64,000 bases of DNA from Longimicrobiales bacterium (GTDB taxonomy: Bacteria > Gemmatimonadota > Gemmatimonadetes > Longimicrobiales > Gaopeijiaceae). This document shows positions 60,026-64,000 of this stretch, in pieces. The notes beneath the pieces were generated by a model, which was not told where the DNA came from, searched no databases, and saw nothing but the letters and a program-made list of their open reading frames with translations. The first letter of the stretch is position 1, and each line of letters begins with the position of its first letter. The translations under genes were made by a program, and so were the position numbers. The stretch lies in NCBI GenBank assembly GCA_963664435.2, contig CAXXKM010000003.1, forward strand, positions 128,001 to 192,000, written 5' to 3'.

Positions 60026-61285
60026 TCATGGGTGGGCGGCCGGCGCCGCGCGGGCGGCCCGTCCGGCGGGCGCGGCCCCGGTGATGATCCGGCCGCGGTC
60101 GAGGTACAGGGCGAACATGCCGGTGGCGACGAGGCTCACGGCGGTCAGCGCCAGGCCGAAGCCCGGTCCGGCGGACACGCCCAGCTGATCCAGCACCAGG
60201 ATGGTGCCGCCCACGAGCATGACGTAGGCGAGCGCCGTGGGCAACATCACCTTCCACCCCAGGTGCATGACCTGGTCGTAGCGGAAGCGCGGAAGCGTCC
60301 AGCGCACCCAGATGTAGAGGACCACGAAAAAAGTGGTCTTGAGCATGAAGGCGCCCAGGGTGAGCAGCGTGGTCCAGATGGACAGCTGTGCCGCGATGGG
60401 CTCGCCCGCGGCGGTGAAGCCGGAGATGAGCCCGCCCTCGTACGGGATGAAATTGTCTCCCGTCCAGAAGGGGATGTCCCAACCCCCCAGAAACAGCGTG
60501 GCCATGAGCGCCGAGGCGGTGATCACGTGCGCGTACTCGGCGATGAAGAACATGCTGAACTTCATGGACGAGTATTCGGTGTGATAGCCGGTTACGAGCT
60601 CGGACTCGGCTTCGGGCATGTCGAAGGGCAGCCGGTTGGTTTCCGCGAACGCCGAGATCAGGAAGAGCAGGAAGCCGAGCGACAGCGGCAGCACGTACCA
60701 GAGGCCGAGCTGCTGATCGGCCACCATCCGCGTGAGCGTGACGTTGCCCGCCAGCATCATGACCGGGATCAGGGAGAGCCCCAGGCCGACCTCGTAGCTC
60801 ACCATCTGGGCGGAGGCGCGCAACCCGCCCAGCAACGCGTACTTGTTGTTGGAGGACCATCCGCCCAGGAAAATCCCGTACACGCCGAGCGAGCCGATGG
60901 CGAGGATGTAGAGCACCCCCACCGGCAGGTCGGCGACGATCATGTCCACGGTTCCCCACGGGGTGGGCAGAGGGGCGGCGAAGGGAATCACGGCGAAGGT
61001 GACGAGCGCCGGCATGATCGACAGCATCGGGCCCAGAACGAAGAAGAAGCGCGATGCGGTGGCCGGGTTGGTCTCTTCCTTGATGATGTTCTTGAGCCCG
61101 TCGGCGATGGGCTGCAGGAGCCCGAACGGGCCCACCCGGTTCGGCCCCAGGCGATCCTGGATGAAGGCGGAGATGCGCCGTTCGGCCCAGGTGGCGTACA
61201 TGATCGCAACCATCAGCGCCGTGAAGACGGCCAGCACCTTGACGGCTGCCGCAATCAGGAAAGCCGTGGGCGAGAGCTCGTTCAT
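60026..61285 (-). CDS. nuoH: NADH-quinone oxidoreductase subunit H
   Basis: QDRLGPNRVGP, ETNRLPFD, EAESEL, PRFRYDQ. Confidence 0.96.
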   Translation of the reverse strand: MNELSPTAFLIAAAVKVLAVFTALMVAIMYATWAERRISAFIQDRLGPNRVGPFGLLQPIADGLKNIIKEETNPATASRFFFVLGPMLSIMPALVTFAVIPFAAPLPTPWGTVDMIVADLPVGVLYILAIGSLGVYGIFLGGWSSNNKYALLGGLRASAQMVSYEVGLGLSLIPVMMLAGNVTLTRMVADQQLGLWYVLPLSLGFLLFLISAFAETNRLPFDMPEAESELVTGYHTEYSSMKFSMFFIAEYAHVITASALMATLFLGGWDIPFWTGDNFIPYEGGLISGFTAAGEPIAAQLSIWTTLLTLGAFMLKTTFFVVLYIWVRWTLPRFRYDQVMHLGWKVMLPTALAYVMLVGGTILVLDQLGVSAGPGFGLALTAVSLVATGMFALYLDRGRIITGAAPAGRAARAAPAAHP

Positions 61286-62874
61286 CGTTCTCCCGCGAGG
61301 GCCGCGGGACGGTCCACGGCCGTACCCCGCGCGCCGATCCTGTCGTAGCTGAGCCCTTCATACTCCGGCACGCCCGCCGCCAGCCGGTCGAACACCTCCG
61401 ACGCGCTCGCCGGCGCCGGTCTTCCCGCGAGGGAAGCGGCCACCGACCCGAGCACCTGCCATGCCGGCTGGGCGTGCCCGGCGGCCCTGAGCGCGGGCTC
61501 GAAGCGCTGAACCCGTGTCTGCACGCTGGTGAACGTCCCCTCCTGCTCCGCGAAGGTGGTGACCGGGAGCACGAAGTGCGCGCTGCGGGCCGCCGGCGCC
61601 GGGTGGCCTCCGAGGTAGACGAAGAGTTCCGCCCGCGAGCCGAAGTCCTCCGGCTGATCGGCAAGTTCGTCGGCCAGCACGATCAGCGCGCCGGCGCCCG
61701 CGGCCACTTCCTCCAGCCCTCCGGTGGCATCGTCGCTCCCCACCCGGCGCAGCCCCAGCAGTTCGGCGCCGCGGGTGTTGGGCGCCAGGTCGCGCCGGCG
61801 GGTCAGCACCGGGAAGCCGGGCAACGGGACCTCGTCCGGGGCTCTCGGCGAGCGGTACACGATGTCGCCGCCGCCGAGACAGTCCATGAGCTCCCGGAGC
61901 GCTGCCAGATCCTCGTTGGACGCGTGGGCCGAAGCGACGGCCCGGACGGGTCCGCGGCATGCCTCGAGCCGTTCCCGCAGCGAAGCGAGAGCTGCGTGCC
62001 ATCCAGGCGCCGACCAGCCGCCGTCTCCGCGCACGAACGGCTCCTCGATGCGGTCGCCGCGGTTCATCCACTCGTAACGGCCGCGGCCGTAGTCGCACAT
62101 CCAGTGGCCGTTGACCTCCGGGTTTTCGCGGGGCTTGAGCCGATGCACCACGTTGTCGCGGGTGTGGATGTCGATATTGCATCCCTGCGAGCAGTTGGGA
62201 CACACGGACGGGGTGTGGTCGAGGTCCCAGGCGCGCGCCTTGTGCAGAAAGTCCTTGGAGACCAGCGCCCCCACCGGACAGATGTCGACGATGTTGCCCG
62301 CGTAGGGAGAGTCCCTCAGCCCCTGTTCGAAGAACGTGTCGATGACCGCCCGGTCGCCCCGCTCCACCACCGTCAGCACGGGATCCTGCGCCATCTCCTC
62401 CATGAAGCGCACGCAGCGCGTGCACATGACGCAGCGATCGCCGTAGAAGAGGACGTCGCCTCCGAAGTCGTCGCGGCCGAAGACGCGCTTGGGCTCGATC
62501 CCGCGCCCGTGCGCCCGGCCTTCGGAGTGGACATAGTCCTGCAGCTTGCACTCCCCGGACTGGTCGCAGATCGGGCAATCCAGCGGGTGGTTGATGAGGT
62601 AGAACTCGAGCACGCCCTTGCGCATCTCGCGCGCCAGCCCCTCGTCGGTGCGCACCACCTGGCCGTCCTGGGCCTGTGTGACGCAGGAGGGCATGGGCTT
62701 GGGGGCGCCTTCAACGTCCACCAGGCAGAGGCGGCACTGGGCGGGCGCGGACAGGGCGGGGTGATAGCAGTAGTGCGGCACCTCCACCCCGATCTCCTGG
62801 GCGGCGTGAAGCAGGCTGGTGCCCTCGGGGACCGTGACCTGGCGGCCGTCGATGGTGAGGGTGACGGTGCTCAC
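61282..62874 (-). CDS. nuoG: NADH-quinone oxidoreductase subunit G (short, 530 aa)
   Basis: CYH...CRLC, HPLDCPICD, CVMCTRC, CPVGAL, CPNCSQGC. Confidence 0.9.
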   Translation of the reverse strand: MSTVTLTIDGRQVTVPEGTSLLHAAQEIGVEVPHYCYHPALSAPAQCRLCLVDVEGAPKPMPSCVTQAQDGQVVRTDEGLAREMRKGVLEFYLINHPLDCPICDQSGECKLQDYVHSEGRAHGRGIEPKRVFGRDDFGGDVLFYGDRCVMCTRCVRFMEEMAQDPVLTVVERGDRAVIDTFFEQGLRDSPYAGNIVDICPVGALVSKDFLHKARAWDLDHTPSVCPNCSQGCNIDIHTRDNVVHRLKPRENPEVNGHWMCDYGRGRYEWMNRGDRIEEPFVRGDGGWSAPGWHAALASLRERLEACRGPVRAVASAHASNEDLAALRELMDCLGGGDIVYRSPRAPDEVPLPGFPVLTRRRDLAPNTRGAELLGLRRVGSDDATGGLEEVAAGAGALIVLADELADQPEDFGSRAELFVYLGGHPAPAARSAHFVLPVTTFAEQEGTFTSVQTRVQRFEPALRAAGHAQPAWQVLGSVAASLAGRPAPASASEVFDRLAAGVPEYEGLSYDRIGARGTAVDRPAALAGER

Positions 62875-64000
62875 GCGACCTCCGCGCTCTCGCCCCGGTG
62901 GATCAGGGCCAGGTATTCGTCCCGGAACTTCTCGATGGAGGACACCACCGGCGCCGCCGCCGAATCGGAGAGGACGCAGATGGTGGTGCCGGTCATCTGG
63001 GCGCTCATGTCGAGCAGCGTGTCCAGGTCGGATTCGGAGCCCCGCCCCGCTTCGATGCGACGAAGGACCTGCGTCATCCAGGAGGTGCCCTCGCGGCAGG
63101 GCGTGCACTGGCCGCAGGACTCGTGCGCGTAGAACTGCACCATGCGCCGGACTTCACGCACGATGTCGGTGCGGTCGTCCATCACGATCACGGAAGCGCA
63201 GCCGAGCATCGAGCCGGCGGCCTCCACCCCCTCGTAGCACAGCGTGCATTCCCGGCAATCCTCCGCATCCATCAACGGGACGGAACTGCCGCCCGGAATC
63301 ACGGACTTCAGCGTCCGCCCTTCGGCGACGCCGCCGCACACGTCCTCGATCAGTTCCATCATCGGGAAGCCCAGCGGAAGCTCGTAGTTGCCGGGCTTCT
63401 CCACATGGCCGCTCACGCAGAAGAGCTTGGTGCCGGGCGACTTGTCGGTGCCCCACTGGCGATACCACTCGCCGCCGTGCTCGACGATATGGGGCACGGC
63501 TGCCAGCGTCTCGACATTGTTGATGGTGGTGGGCATGGAATACACGCCCACCGCGGCCGGGAAGGGCGGCTTCACGCGCGGCTCTCCCCGCCGGCCCTCC
63601 AGCGAGTTCATGAGCCCCGTCTCTTCCCCGCAGATGTAGGCGCCCGCGCCCACGTGGGCGGTCACGTCGATGTGGGTTCCGGAGCCGAGGATGTCGGCAC
63701 CCGCGAATCCTGCTCCGTACGCCTCCTCGACCGCGCGCGCGATGATCTGGCTGGCCTCGAAGAACTCGCCCCGCAGGTAGATGTAGGCGTGCCGCGAGCC
63801 CATCGCGTAGGCGGCGATCAGGCATCCCTCGATGAGCTGATGGGGATCCCAGCGGATCAGCTCGCGGTCCTTGAAGGTTCCGGGCTCGGATTCGTCCGCG
63901 TTGCACAGCAGATAGTGCGGCTTGACCGCAGCCCTGGGCATGAAGCTCCACTTGAGCCCGGTTGGGAAGCCCGCGCCTCCCCTGCCCCGCAGTCCGGACG
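62871..64000 (-). CDS. nuoF: NADH-quinone oxidoreductase subunit F, 5' end outside window
   Basis: GLRGRGGAGFPTG, NADESEPG, GAYICGEET, ESCGQCTPCREG. Confidence 0.96.
   Translation of the reverse strand, partial: SGLRGRGGAGFPTGLKWSFMPRAAVKPHYLLCNADESEPGTFKDRELIRWDPHQLIEGCLIAAYAMGSRHAYIYLRGEFFEASQIIARAVEEAYGAGFAGADILGSGTHIDVTAHVGAGAYICGEETGLMNSLEGRRGEPRVKPPFPAAVGVYSMPTTINNVETLAAVPHIVEHGGEWYRQWGTDKSPGTKLFCVSGHVEKPGNYELPLGFPMMELIEDVCGGVAEGRTLKSVIPGGSSVPLMDAEDCRECTLCYEGVEAAGSMLGCASVIVMDDRTDIVREVRRMVQFYAHESCGQCTPCREGTSWMTQVLRRIEAGRGSESDLDTLLDMSAQMTGTTICVLSDSAAAPVVSSIEKFRDEYLALIHRGESAEVA

Overview
High-GC bacterial chromosomal DNA. Gene content and order suggest a Gemmatimonadota/FCB-type diderm; this is an inference, not a database result. 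Bases 1-14 kb hold accessory and transport genes: an LVIVD protein, GGT, an APC permease coupled to an amidinotransferase/DDAH-like enzyme, PPK2, TPR proteins, GNAT, MFS, a secreted creatininase-family enzyme and an M23 peptidase. A clear 28-bp XerC/XerD dif-like site lies at 14152-14179, so this window probably contains the replication terminus. To its right, about 50 kb of housekeeping genes point almost entirely toward that site: nuoF-N, pmm, UPF0182, sucCD, ndk, yceD-rpmF-plsX-fab-acpP, ispF-dedA-xerD, nadE, trpG/pabA, kdsB-pyrG-kdsA-kdsC-kdsD-lptCAB-rpoN-wecB-GT4-GT2. Best novel leads: (i) a very long LptA-like protein with about 25 D-S/T-[ALITV] motifs, matching the Bacteroidota O-glycosylation sequon, apparently co-transcribed with a polyprenol-P-mannose synthase, GT4 and WecB; (ii) an LptB with an extra ~145-aa N-terminal domain; (iii) a divergent XerD arm in dif paired with a changed residue in the XerD recognition helix; (iv) a probable ATA start codon for dedA; (v) a tRNA-3'-end/att-like scar; (vi) a CtpA with a duplicated N-terminal module. 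No CRISPR array, rRNA, intact tRNA or transposase was seen.
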